A stretch of DNA of 64,000 nucleotides from Octopus sinensis (lineage: Eukaryota). The translations under genes and the position numbers were made by a program. This document shows positions 12,355 through 24,900 of the stretch, piece after piece. How positions within the stretch are numbered: position 1 is the first letter of the stretch; every line of letters starts with the position of its first letter. Location of the stretch: positions 14,260,001 to 14,324,000 of the forward strand of contig NC_043013.1 in assembly GCF_006345805.1 (NCBI RefSeq). Direction: 5' to 3'. The notes under the pieces are model-generated. The model saw nothing but the letters and a program-made list of their open reading frames with translations, was not told the origin of the DNA and searched no databases.

Positions 12355-12448
12355 GCCTCGGTAGCGCAGTAGGCAGCGCGTCAGTCTCATAATCGCATAC
12401 AAAAACCTAGGAATCTGAAGGTCGTGAGTTCGACCCTCACCCGGGGCA
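12355..12448 (+). tRNA. tRNA-Met-CAT: Elongator tRNA-Met(CAT) with 21-nt intron (12392-12412), M3
   Basis: Duplicate of M1; intron ATCGCATACAAAAACCTAGGA. Confidence 0.95.
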
Positions 12449-13465
12449 CATTAATTTTGTTTCTTAAATTAAAATGTCAGTACTGCTTTTTTTATTTATT
12501 TTATCATTCTGTTACAGAACGAAATTACCTAAAGTTGTTCACGTGGGTATCATATAAAAAGAGGATGAAATTATATGTATTCCATCATTCATCGTTCATA
12601 CTTAGTGTGGTCATGTCTGCGGCCCAGCAGACCATATTCTGAAGCGTTCCAATCATGATTACCCAACTTTTTCCTCCACACCTTTTATAAAATACCCTAT
12701 CCAATGTAATCTATTTCTTTACTACCCACAAGGGGTTAAACACAGAGAGGACAAACAAGGACAGATAAACGGATTAAGTCGATTATATCGACCCCAGTGT
12801 GTAACTGGTACTTATTTAATCGACCCCGAAAGGATGAAAGGCAAAGTTGACCTCGGAGGAATTTGAACTCAGAACGTAGCGGCAGACGAAATACCGCTAA
12901 GCATTTCGCCCGGCGTGCTAACGTTTCTGCCAACTCGCCGCCTTGCACGTATAGCACTATTACGATCATGAAATGAGCATTAGCTTATCTCACTCTTTCT
13001 CACGGAACCCCTAGGAACATTTTGCGGAACACTAGTGTTCCGGGGAACTACGGTTGAAAAACGCTGCGGTAGTGTATGACTGACTGAAGGTAAATTTCTG
13101 TTTCCTGTAGTTGGAGCGGCCCATATCGACTCCTTCGGTTTCAATTCTGATTTGCAAAAGAAATTTTTAGAATGGATGTTGTTCGTTTTCTTACAACGAC
13201 CTGAAAAAATGTTTCAATTGTCAAAGGATTTTTTTCAAATTTCCCACACAGATGTAGTTTAGCTGCTGAAGTTGAATATCACGTTCATTTTTTCTTTTTA
13301 GTTTTTTGTTTTCGAAGATTTAATAATTGACAAGATAGAAGTATTGTCAGTTATATATTTTTAGCCAATGAAATGAATCCAGTGTCCTCACAACCGGAAG
13401 TGGAAACCATTTGCTGCCATAGTTGCCACGGCAACAAAGAGTGTATCATTGAAAATGCAGACAAT

Positions 13466-13526
13466 TTCCCTGTAGTGCAGCGGATACCGCGCCCGGCTTC
13501 CAATCCAGAGGTGGTGTTCAGGGAAG
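13466..13526 (+). pseudogene. Duplicate of the T-arm-less Arg relic
   Basis: Same structure in the second higher-order repeat copy; slightly closer to intact Arg (ccagaggt). Confidence 0.75.
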
Positions 13527-14026
13527 ATTTACATTCGCAGACAATTTGTCTTTTTAAATTAAAATGGCAGTACTTGTTTTTGTATTATTCTGTTACAGAA
13601 AGAGATTACCTCAAGTTGTTCTCGTGAGTATCATACAAAAGGATTATGAAATTATATGTATCCCTCATACCAAGTGTGATCATATCTGCTGTCCAGCAGA
13701 CCATATACTTAAGCGTTCCAATCATGATCACCCAACTTTTTCTGAAGGAAAATTTAGTGGTTGCTATCTCTAGAAGTTCGTGCGGCTCATGTCAAGTTGA
13801 TAACATAAAACAGCGGATATAGTAATATTCTGTGTCTGATGCACTAAATTTGATAACAATACTTGTTTGGCAAGTGATTATAATACGCAACTTTCACTAC
13901 ATACATGTATATTTAGACGCACACGTGGGCGTATAACTACAAAAAGGAAAATAGTTCAAAACCTCTAATTACCTAACATTACGGACTTCGTGTTAAAAAC
14001 TATTTAGAAAGAGTTAATTTCGTCTT

Positions 14027-14099
14027 GTCCCTGTAGCGCAGCGGATAGCGCGCTGGACTTCTAATCCAGAGGTCGTGGGTTCGAATCCCACCAGGGATG
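14027..14099 (+). tRNA. tRNA-Arg-TCT: tRNA-Arg(TCT), intron-less, R3
   Basis: Duplicate of R1 with fully paired T stem. Confidence 0.95.
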
Positions 14100-14987
14100 A
14101 TTCGATTTTTTCTTAAATCTTCTTTCTTTATTTAACTTTATTAAACTGTTTGCAATCTTTTCAAATATTCTTATCCGTATGAAATGTGCAAACCAATGAA
14201 CTAAACGTTTTTCCTTTGTTCTTTTCCAGATTCTAGGTATTGGATAGCGGCCGTTTTGGGAACTCCTTCACAGGTTTTAATGGATCACATTATGGTTGTG
14301 TTCTGTCTTTTCTCTTTTTTTAAAAAAAAATACAGGATGATATACAAGAAAGTATAATTACATAAATATGTAATGACCATTAACTATAATTAACTGTCAT
14401 TAAATATTTCTTTATTGTAGTAAATTTGATTAACAGTTGTTTCCAGTAGTCGTGATAGGTTTACTCAATCGGTTTATCGATCAGTTGAGAAAAATCGAAC
14501 GACCTAAAGAATTAATGCTACTTTCGTCAGCGTCATTTCCGGTTATGAGTTAGACACGCCTCTGACGAAAATAACATTAATTCTCTGTATTTTGTATTTG
14601 TTTTGCAAGCTTCTTGTGAAGTCATGTGTTGAAGTTGATTTTGATGTTTTTCGGGAGGATCATGCCGCCAATAAAAACACACGCACTGGTTATGTTTCAC
14701 TTCGGGTTTATTACAACTCCTTTAAGTACGATCGTTTTTTTACAGTAGTAATAGTCACGATAGTGATGATGGTGGTAGTTGAAGTATAGTAACCTTTTAG
14801 TCATTGAATGTTATTGCATCAGCCGAAAGTTGAAAGAAATTCAGACATTTTCTTTTGGTCTGTTTCGTTGTTAATCGCCAGTTCCGTCCCTCTCCGTCAT
14901 TATTAGTCGTCATCTTCCGCTGAGCCGTCAGCAGTAACGGCAACAACGACGATGGTGACTTTGCTTCTCAAACTGTCGAATAGTTTG

Positions 14988-15034
<47 letters not shown>

Positions 15035-15259
15035 ACACATCATTGATTCGTTGAAATTACCGAAATACGATAACTTTAAGAAATAACTTCCAAAATACAG
15101 AATGTCCTCAATAAAGCCAAGAGTAAAAGATGTTTTACGTGATACCTTCTACCAGTATACGAAGTTTAAAAGTGTTTAGTCACAAAAAAATTATTTTTTT
15201 AATCTGTCGGTCAAAAGGTAAAGATTCAAAAACTATTTAGAAAAAGTTAGTTCTGTCTT

Positions 15260-15332
15260 GTCTCTGTAGCGCAGGGGATAGCGCGCTGGACTTCTAATCC
15301 AGAGGTCGTGGGTTCGAATCTCACCAGGGATG
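15260..15332 (+). tRNA. tRNA-Arg-TCT: tRNA-Arg(TCT), intron-less, R4
   Basis: T stem GTGGG/CTCAC (one G:T wobble); otherwise intact. Confidence 0.92.
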
Positions 15333-16265
15333 ACTCGTTTCAGTTTTCTTTTCGTTTCATTTTTTTCTTTTTTAATCTTCTTTCTTTGTAGTTCAGTTTC
15401 TCTGAAAATTATTTTTGTGTAACTTGTTTGCAATTTTTTCAAAAATTCTTATCTGTATGAAAAGTGAAAACGAATGAATAGAACGTTTTTTCCCTTTGTT
15501 CTTTTTCGGATTCTAGGTATTGGACAGCGGCCATTTTGGGGGACCCTCTTCACGGGTTTTAATGTATCACATCGAACGATCTAAATGGTTGAGTTCCGTC
15601 TTTCTTAATTTTTGTTTTAAATATAGAGTGATATACAATACAGCATAATTACATGAATATGTAAACACCATTAATTATATTTAATGGTCATTGAATATTT
15701 CTTTATTGTAGTAAATTTGATTAACACTTTTCTCCAGTAGTCGTGATAGGTTCATTGTTGATAGGTTTGCTCAATCGGCCTATCGATCGGTTGAGAAAAA
15801 TTTGAACGAGCGAAACAATTTATGCTACTTTCATCAGAGTCATTTCTGATTATAAGCCAGATATGACTGACAAAAATAGTATTAGATCTCTGTATTTTGT
15901 ATATGTTTTGCAAGCTTCTTGGCGTGAAATCATTTGTCGAGGCTGATTTCGATGTCTTTGGGGAGGATCATACCGCCAATAAAAACATGCGCACTGGTTA
16001 TGTTTCACTTCAGGTTTATTACAAATATATGAGAGGAACAGTGAAAGAATTTCTTAAAAAGCGAATTGGTAAGTCATTGATAAGGTCACAGACTAGGACG
16101 AAAGGGCTTTGACAGACTAATCGATAAACCAATTGGTGACGATAGTTTCGAGGGGTGATTGTAGCATTAGTGATGGTGTTGGTGGTGATGTTTGTAGTTG
16201 AACTAGTAGTAGTAGCAGAGATGGCAGTGGTAATAGTTATAGCAGCAGCAGTAGTAGTAGTAGTA

Positions 16266-16311
<46 letters not shown>

Positions 16312-16562
16312 GGTGGTGGTGGTGTGGTGGTGGTTCATGGTGGTAGCAGAAGTACAGGTTGGTATAACCTTTTAGTCATTGAATGTTATTGCATCAGCCG
16401 AAAGTTCAAAGAAATTCAGACATTTTCTTTCGGTCTGTTTCGTTGTTAATCGCCAGTTCCGTCCCTCTCCGTCATTATTAGTCGCCATCTTCCTCTGAGC
16501 CTTCGGCAGTGACGGCAACGACGACGATGGTGACTTTGCTTCTCAAACTGCCGAATAGTTTG

Positions 16563-16596
<34 letters not shown>

Positions 16597-16840
16597 GCTA
16601 CAACAACAACTACTACCACTACTAACACATCATTGATTGGTTGAAATTACCGAAATACGATAACTTTAAGAAATAACTTCCAAAATACAGAATGTCCTCA
16701 ATAAAGCCAAGAGAAAAAGGTGTTTTATGTGACACCATCTACCAGTTTAAAAGTGTTTAGTTACAAAAAAAATATTTTTTTAATCTGTCGGTCAAAAGGT
16801 AAAGATCCAAAAACTATTTAGAAACAATTGAATTTGTCTT

Positions 16841-16913
16841 GTCTCTGTAGCGCAGGGGATAGCGCGCTGGACTTCTAATCCAGAGGTCGTGGGTTCGAAT
16901 CCCACCAGGGATG
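16841..16913 (+). tRNA. tRNA-Arg-TCT: tRNA-Arg(TCT), intron-less, R5
   Basis: Identical body to R2. Confidence 0.95.
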
Positions 16914-17350
16914 ACTCGTTTCATTTTTTTCTTTTTTAATCATCTTTCTTTGAGGTTAAGTTTCTCTGAAAATTATTTTTGTGTAACTTGTTTGCAATTT
17001 TTTTATAAATTCTTATCTGTATGAAAAGTGATTGTAGCATTAGTGATAGTAGTAGTAGTAGTAGTAGTGGTAGTGGTGGTGGTGGTGGTGGTGTGGTGGT
17101 GGTGTGGTGGTGTGGTGGTGGTTATGGTGGTAGCAGAAGTACAGGTTGGTATAACCTTTTAGTCATTGAATGTTATTGCATCAGCCGAAAGTTCAAAGAA
17201 ATTCAAACATTTTCTTTTGGTCTGTTTCGTTGTTAATCGCCAGTTCCGTCCCTCTCCGTCATTATTAGTCGTCATCTTCCGCTGAGCCTTCGGCAGTAAC
17301 GGCAACGACGACGATGGTGACTTTGCTTCTCAAACTGTCGAATAGTTTGA

Positions 17351-17405
<55 letters not shown>

Positions 17406-17630
17406 CCACATCATTGATTGGTTGAAATTACCGAAATACGATAACTTTAAGAAATAACTTCCAAAATACAGAGTGTCCTCAATAAAGCCAAGAGTAAAAG
17501 ATGTTTTACGTGATACCTTCTACCAGTATACGAAATTTAAAAGTGTTTAGTTACAAAAAAATTATTATTTTAATCTGTCGGTCAAAAGGTAAAGATCCAA
17601 AAACTATTTAGAAACAGCTGAATTTGTCTT

Positions 17631-17703
17631 GTCTCTGTAGCGCAGGGGATAGCGCGCTGGACTTCTAATCCCGAGGTCGTGGGTTCGAATCTTACCAGGG
17701 ATG
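17631..17703 (+). tRNA. tRNA-Arg-TCT: tRNA-Arg(TCT), damaged copy R6 (possible pseudogene)
   Basis: Anticodon stem CTGGA/TCCCG mismatch; T stem GTGGG/CTTAC with two wobbles. Confidence 0.75.
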
Positions 17704-18571
17704 ACTCGTTTCAGTTTTCTTTTTTAATCTTCTTTCTTTGAAGTTAAGTTTCTCTGAAAATTATTTTTGTGTAACTTGTTTGCAATTTTTTTATAAATTC
17801 TTATCTGTATGAAAAGTGAAAACGAATGAACTGAACGGTTTTTCCTTTTGTTCTTTAACGGATTCTAGGTATTGGACGGCGGCCATTTTGGGGGACCCTC
17901 TTCACGGGTTTTAATGGATTACATCGAACGATCTAAATGGTTGAGTTCCGTCTTTTCTTAATTTTTTTTAATACAAAGGGATATACAAGACAAAGCATAA
18001 TTACATAAATATGTAATGACCATTAATTTTAATTAATGGTCATTGAATATTTCTTTATTGTAGTAAATTTGATTAACACTTTTTTCCAGTAGTCGTGATA
18101 GGTTCATTGTTGACAGATTTACTCAATCGGCCTATCGATCGGTTGAGAAAAATTTGAAGGACCTAAAGTATTAAAGCTGCTTTAATCAGAGTCATTTCAG
18201 ATATGACTGAAAAAAATAGTATTAAATCTCTGTATTTTGTATATGTTTTGCAAGCTTCTTGGCGTGAAATCATGTGTTGAGGGTGATTTCGATGTCTTTG
18301 GGGAGGATCATGCCGCCAATAAAAACACGCGCACTGGTTATGTTTCACTTCAGGTTTATTACAAATATATGAGAGGAACATTGAAAGATTTACTTAACAA
18401 GCACATTGGTAAGTTATTGATAAGGTCACAGACTGGGACGAAAGGGCTTTGACAGACTAATCGATAAACCAATTGGTGGCGATAGTTTCGAGGGGTGATT
18501 AGTGATGGTGTTGGTGGTGATGTTTGTAATTGTACTAGTAGTAGTAGCAGAGATGGCAGTGGTAATAGTTA

Positions 18572-18602
<31 letters not shown>

Positions 18603-18618
18603 CGTCGTCGTCGTCGAA

Positions 18619-18662
<44 letters not shown>

Positions 18663-19057
18663 TTCGTGGTGGTGGTGGTGGTTATGGTGGTAGCTGAAGT
18701 ACAGGTTGGTATAACCTTTTAGTCATTGAATGCTATTGCATCAGCCGAAAGTTGAAAGAAATTCAGACATTTTCTTTCGGTAAGCTTCGTTGTTAATCGC
18801 CAGTTCCGTCCTTCTCCGTCATTAGTCGTCATCCTCCGTTGAGCCTTCGGCAGTGACGGCAACGACAACTATAGTGACTTTGCTTCTCAAACTGTCGAAT
18901 AGTTTGTACTACGACGTCACAATTCAATTTAGGTACACGGGTAGGTCAACGCACGCACACACACACACGCACACACAGAAGCGATCCGTCGGCCAGCGAA
19001 GTACACACGCGCGCGAGCACATACTCAGATCAATAAATAATTAACCCGTAGTTAAAC

Positions 19058-19937
19058 TATTCTTTTTTATTCTATGCACAAGGCCCGAAATTGGATCTTT
19101 TCCTTTTGAACGGCAGATATCAACACAATTTCTAGTTAACTAAACTCTTTTAAACTTCGTATACTGGTAGAATGAGTTAATAAAACATCATTTTTTCTTG
19201 GCCTTATTGAGAAAATTCTATAGTTTGTAAGATATTACGTCTGAAAATCCGAGCATTTCGGCAATTTTAACCAATCGATTACCTCCATTCAACTAAAATC
19301 ATTTGCTGCGTCTAAAACTGAGACAATATCCTCTAACTAACCCTAACCCTAACCCTAACCCTAATTTTTTTTTCTTAATTGTTGAATCAATTTAATTGTT
19401 ACGCGTATAAAAAACCCGAAAGCAATGGAAAATGATTTAAACAATTAACAAACAAAATAATTTTATAATTTTATACACACGCTTTCCGTATACGTACGGA
19501 AAGCGTGTGTTACGGAAAGCGTGTGTATGATGTTGTCTCAGTTTTAAACGCAGCAAATTTAGCTCAAAAGAGAGCATAGGATTGGTTAGAATTCGAAAAA
19601 TTAAACTACGTTAAACAAACAAATTACAATTTTCTCAAGAAAGCCAAGAGAAAAAAAAATGTTTTATTTTGACACATTCTACCAGTATACGAAGTTTTAA
19701 AGTGTTTAATTAACTAGAAATTGTCTGCCGTTCAAAAGGAAAAGATCCCCGAAATTTTGGGGAAGGGACCAGTCGATTAGGTCGACTTCAGTATGCAGCT
19801 GGTACTTAATTTATCTATCCCGAAAGGATGCAAGACAAAGTCGACCTCGGCGAAACTTGAACTCAGAACGTAACGGCAGACGAAATACTTCTAAGCATTT
19901 CGCCCAGCGTGCTAACGTTTCCGCCATTCGCCGCCTT
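19058..19937 (-). mobile_element. SINE-B (tail type 1) interrupted by MITE
   Basis: Head at 19937; tail GGCCTTGTGCATAGAAT at left; degenerate 16-17-bp TSD. Confidence 0.82.
19093..19748. mobile_element. MITE, long-TIR subtype (GGATCTTTTC...GAAAAGATCC), 8-bp TSD, internal (CCCTAA)n
   Basis: TSD CCGAAATT at 19085-19092 and 19749-19756; roughly 230-bp imperfect inverted arms; nested in a SINE-B tail. Confidence 0.9.
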
Positions 19938-19983
19938 CCCTAGCTAAAGTATTATCACAAAAAGTATAGCAGCTGAGTCGGTA

Positions 19984-20077
19984 GCCTCGGTAGCGCAGTA
20001 GGCAGCGCGTCAGTCTCATAATCAAGCATAAAGTTAGAGGAATCTGAAGGTCGTGAGTTCGATCCTCACCTGGGGCA
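19984..20077 (+). tRNA. tRNA-Met-CAT: Elongator tRNA-Met(CAT) with 21-nt intron (20021-20041), M4
   Basis: Paralogue of M2 with near-identical 3' flank; intron ATCAAGCATAAAGTTAGAGGA. Confidence 0.95.
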
Positions 20078-20388
20078 CATTTTTTTTTCAATTACTCACA
20101 CACATATCGTTTTGATGATTGTGTTAGAAGAAATGACCTCAAATTGTTCCCGTGGGTACCGTATAAGAGGATATATTTATTTGTATTAATAACCAGAAGT
20201 TGACTTTTCCTTTTCATCCTTTCGGAGACGATAAAATAAGTAGCAGTCGAGCACTGGGGTCTATGTAATCGTCTTACTCCCTGCCCCACCGGACTTGATG
20301 ACTGGGCGCCAAAATTTAAAAGCAATATTTTTCCTCACTTAAATGTTCATTGTTGGAACACACACACACACACACGTACACACACGCA

Positions 20389-20448
<60 letters not shown>

Positions 20449-20496
20449 AAACCATACCAAAACTATTATCACAACAGGAGAAAACAATTCCCCGTG

Positions 20497-20567
20497 GCCC
20501 CGGTAGCGCAGTAGGAAGCACGTCAGTCTCATAATCAAGCATAAAGTTAGAGGACTCTAACTTTATG
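20497..20567 (+). pseudogene. Truncated tRNA-Met copy M5: exon 1 + complete intron, then inverted intron copy
   Basis: Exon 1 20497-20533, intron 20534-20554 identical to M4, then CTCTAACTTTATG (reverse complement of 20540-20552); exon 2 absent. Confidence 0.9.
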
Positions 20568-20699
20568 TATACGACGGGCTTCTTTCAGTTTCCGTTTACC
20601 TAGTCCACTCTCAGGGCTTTGGTCAGCCAAAAACTATAGTAGAAAACACTTGTCCAAGGTGCCACGTCATGAGACTGAACTCCGAACCATGTGGCTTCT

Positions 20700-20799
20700 T
20701 AGCACAGGATTTTTAAAACATCAAATGGATATTGGGGCCCATCCGAGTGAAATATAAATTAAAGGGGGTCCATAGGTAAAAAATGGTTGAAAATCACTG
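20700..20799. mobile_element. hAT/Charlie-like MITE fragment
   Basis: GGGGGTCCATAGGTAAAAAATGGTTGAAAATCACTG terminus. Confidence 0.45.
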
Positions 20800-20956
20800 T
20801 TCTAGAAAAAATTACTACTAGTGCTACCAATAAAGTATTTTTCAGAAGGAAATAGTCCTATTTTTTTTATTACCCTGTTGTTTGGAACAAATCTTCAAAA
20901 AATGCAAAAAGCGAAATAGCGAATATATTTTTATTTATTTATGCACCCTTTTCAAA

Positions 20957-21230
20957 CCCAGCCAGGCTCATGGGCCCGGTTTCCCGGTTTCTGTGGCGTA
21001 TGTGTTCCCCCCCAGCTGGACGGGACACCAGTCCATCGCAGCGTTACTCAAGAAACAGGAAGAGAGAGTAGAGAAAGTTGGGGCGAAAGAGTACAACAGG
21101 GGTCGCTACCAGCCCTCGCCGGAGCCTCGTGGAGCTTTAGGTGTTTTCGCTCAATAAACATACACAACGTCCGGTCTGGGAATCGAAACCGCGAGTCCAC
21201 TGCTCTAACCACTGGGCCATAGTCATCCAC
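20957..21230 (-). mobile_element. SINE-C (tRNA head, V-SINE-like 3' motif)
   Basis: Head TGGCCCAGTGGTTAG..GTTTCGATTCCC; CTGCGATGGACTGGTGTCCCGTCCAG motif. Confidence 0.75.
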
Positions 21231-21768
21231 GGTTTGTAGGGAAATATAAAAGAAAAGATTAATACTGCCATTTGTATATCATACTTAGTGGTATATATAC
21301 CGTTTGAAGACATGATGTTGTGGAATTGTTTGTGATACAGTCTCTTCCTAGACTTGTGTTAAAAACAATATTTATTTGAACGAGACGAACATCGTCACTG
21401 CAGATCCGTTTTGTCTTTCTTGGGGCTTGTTAATGCTGTGCTCTCGATCGTGTTCCGCTTAAACGAATGTCGCGCTTTGATGTAGAGAGAATAGCGGTTA
21501 AGATATTCACTGGTATTGCGGAAGCTTTCTGAGTTGTAGGAAAACTCGGTTTACGCAATCGAAACAGCATTAAATTAAGATTGCTATTATGTATCATATC
21601 AAATATATATATATATACGCTGTTAGAAGACAGAAAAGTGTGGAATTGTCTGAGATAAAAATCTCTCCATAAACTTACGATAAAAACGTGTGTGCGCGTG
21701 TGTGTGTGTATGTATGTATGTATGTATGTATGTATGTATGTATGTATGTATGTATGTATGTATGTATG

Positions 21769-21817
<49 letters not shown>

Positions 21818-21819
<2 letters not shown>

Positions 21820-22240
21820 TGGGTGGTCCGGAAAGTTCGTGCCGATTTATAGCAGCTTACCTTTCGATTTATTTTAGAACATGGTTGAGTCCATAAAATA
21901 GGATTTGACTACACCTCCATTTAGAGCACAATTTAAGCTATCTTTTCGTGGAAGAAGGTTTATGTTCCTATAACCTGTGTTAATTCTGTAACCCTTTAAT
22001 ATGGAAGATAAGAAAGTTCATTTTCGGCACTTGATGCTTTAGGAACCAGACAAAAATTGCTGCAGCTCGGCTGGGATGTGTTACCCCACCTTCCATATTC
22101 ACCAGATATTGCTCCTTCGGATTTCCACTTATTCAGGTCTCTGCAAAATAGTCTTAATGGTAAAAATTTCAATTCCTTGGATGGCGTAAAAAGGTACATT
22201 GATCGATTCTTTGCCATGAAACCACTTCAATTCTGGGGGG
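21818..22240 (+). mobile_element. Internally deleted mariner relic
   Basis: TA-started terminus; N-terminus MEDKKVHFRHLML at 22001 fused to C-terminal LGWDVLPHLPYSPDIAPSDFHLF (YSPDLAP motif). Confidence 0.85.
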
Positions 22241-22553
22241 GGGGGTATAATTAACTTTCTCTCTTCCTCTTTGCCTTACTCACTATTTCCTCTGACCGTT
22301 TGACTCCTCTCACTAATTGCTTCTTAGCTTTTCATTCTGTATTTGTAACTCTGCCCTTACACTCAATATTCCTGTATCTTTCTTTTTCCTCCTCTCTTTG
22401 CTGCTTACACTCTTGTAATTACGTTTTCACTCCTTCCCCTCTCTCTACTTAATTTTCTCTCTCACTCTCTAAATCATGCTACCCTCCTCCTTCTCCATGC
22501 TATTCCATTTGACAACTAAACAAATATATAATAAACGGCAGCGTTCCTCGTAA

Positions 22554-22626
22554 GTCTCTGTAGCGCAGGGGATAGCGCGCTGGACTTCTAATCCAGAGGT
22601 CGTGGGTTCGAATCCCACCAGGGATG
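22554..22626 (+). tRNA. tRNA-Arg-TCT: tRNA-Arg(TCT), intron-less, R7 (flank lineage II)
   Basis: Intact body; TATATAA at -29. Confidence 0.95.
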
Positions 22627-22811
22627 ATTTACGCTCATATATTTTAGAAAATTTTCGTATGAAACAATGTTCCTTTCTTTGTAACTATCGTTTGCATGTT
22701 GAATAGAATAATTTAAACCACTATCTAGCACATTCTTGTACAGTTCTAACGCATTAAATGTATTTGAAGTCCAATTCGAGATATCAACCATTTAGGATTT
22801 ATTTTTTAATA

Positions 22812-22998
22812 CTGGTTTCTCTTTTGTCTCTTTCAGTCATTAGACTGCGGTCATGCTGGGGTACCACCTTCAATTTGTACTCGAATGAATCGACCCTAAG
22901 ATTTCTATTTCTCTTTAAAGCATTGTATCGAACCGTTTAGTTACGGGGACGTAATCGCATCAACACCGGTTGTCAAGCGGTAGTGGCGGACAAACAAA

Positions 22999-23045
<47 letters not shown>

Positions 23046-23455
23046 CGAGCTTCTTTTAGTTTCCGTCTACCAAATCCACTGACAAGGCCTTGGTCGGCTC
23101 AAGGCTGTAACAGAAGACACACAAGGTACCACGCAGTGGGATTGATCCCTGGACTATGTGGCTGGGAAACAAACTTCTTACCACACGGCCACATCTGTTC
23201 CTTTTATGTATATAACACACACACACACACGTTCTGTGTGTATGTGTGTGTGTTCATGTTCACCCTCCACCACCGCTTGACAACCAGCGTTGGTTTGTTT
23301 TCGTCCCCATATATTCTAGTGGTCCGGCAAAAGAGATCATTAGAATGACTACCAGTCTTAAAAGTAAGTACTCGGGTCGATTCGTTTGACTAAAACCCTT
23401 CAAAGCGGTGTCCTAGCATGGCCACAGTCCAAAGACTAGAACAAGTAAAAAAAAT
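22812..23455. mobile_element. SINE-A (-, 22812-23192) and partial SINE-A (+, 23250-23455)
   Basis: Family motifs in opposite orientations. Confidence 0.8.
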
Positions 23456-23479
23456 GAAACAAAAGAAACTTAACGTTAG

Positions 23480-24900
23480 TTATGGATAAAAGGCTCTCCG
23501 GCTATGACCATCCCGTCACTTTTTCGGCTTTGTGTATTCAGTACACGATAATTTCTGGATCTCCTCCGATGTTGTACCACGAGATACAGCCACTGTTGCC
23601 TGCCACGTTTCGTTTTGCTCCTAAATTGGCGTCCATTCTCGTAAACTCGTCTCTTTAGAATACTTCATAAGTTTTCTATTGCGTGTAAGTCGGGGGAAGA
23701 GGCTTCATCTTTCGAGGTCCACAGAATCCTGATTGTTGCTGATACTCTGTAGTTTTCTTCACTGTTTACTCTCTCTTTTACTCTTTTACTTATTTCAGTC
23801 ATTTGACTGCAGCCAAGCTGGAGCACCGCCCTTAATCGAGCAACTCGACCCCGGGACTTATTCTTTTGTAAGCCCAGTACTTATTCTATCGGTCTCTTTT
23901 GCCGAACCGCTAAGTAACGGGGGACAAACACAGACACACAAACACACATACACATATATATACATATATACGACGGGCTTCTTTTAGTTTCCGTCTACCA
24001 AATTCACTCACAAGGCTTTGGTCGGCCCGAGGCTATAGTAGAAGACCCTTGCCCAAGGTGCCACACAGTGGGACTGAACCCGGAACCATGTGGTTGGTAA
24101 GCAAGCTACTTACAACACAGCCACTCCTGCGCCTGAGTGCGAGAATGCATTATCTTGCATGAATATCATAGTTGTCTTGAAGGTGATCCTTTACTTTTTC
24201 AACCAAGGTTCAAGGTGCTCCCCCAGAAAGGCTATGTAAGCATCCGCAGTCATTTTAACACCGTCAGGCACTTTCCAAGGACCAACCATAACATTTCCAA
24301 TAATACCTGCGCAAATTATGACGCCTCCTCCCCCTTGTTGGCGTCTCAACTGTTGACGACCTTGTCCATTTACCACCAATCCCTTGCTCCGACCATCAGG
24401 TCCATCAAGTGTAGCACAAGTCACGTTCGCAAGCAAAACTTTCGAAAAGTCGACCTTCATGTTATCTCCTGCCAATTTCAGACGATTTTGTATGTGTATT
24501 TTGTATAAAGAAGGCAGTTTAACTGATGTCACTGGTTTACAGACCTTTTTCAGGAAAGGACAACGGGTAGTTCTGGACATAGTTGTTACACCAAAGCTCT
24601 TGAAAAGTTCTCTAGTTGCAAAACTCGGTTTCTTTACAGCTTCACGCTGAGAACGTTGAGAAACAGCCATCGGCTGACCTTTGTCGGCTCTCTTAAGTGT
24701 CTTCGTAGGAGCTGTAACAATTTTTTTTACAGACTTGCGATATCTTCCAATTATTTCAAATATTTCTAATGTTGATTTACCTTTTACCTGTTCACAAGTA
24801 ACAACAGATTTCTCTGAAGCAGTTAAGTCACACATTTACGACCCATAATTACACGATTATCCGACCACTCGTTAATAATTTCGAAAACACTGAAAGTTCG
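23480..24900 (-). mobile_element. Tc1-family transposase relic split by a SINE-A
   Basis: ORF 24191-24835 (DFSKVL..ATLDGPDG..RRQQGGGGV); MQDNA near 24140; SPDLHAIENL*SILKRRVY near 23640-23700; first catalytic DE mutated. Confidence 0.88.
23765..24134 (-). mobile_element. SINE-A inserted in Tc1
   Basis: Family motifs; interrupts the transposase between QDNA and SPDL. Confidence 0.85.

Larger units (their letters stand above)
10629..20260 (+). repeat. Higher-order repeat copy 2 (Met-ArgRelic-Arg x4-Met)
   Basis: Same order of SINEs, microsatellites and tRNAs as copy 1, with two extra Arg units and internal deletions. Confidence 0.9.

Noticed and set aside
19339-19363. Telomeric repeats suggesting a chromosome fusion site
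   Set aside because: Short runs are internal to MITE copies bounded by TSDs.
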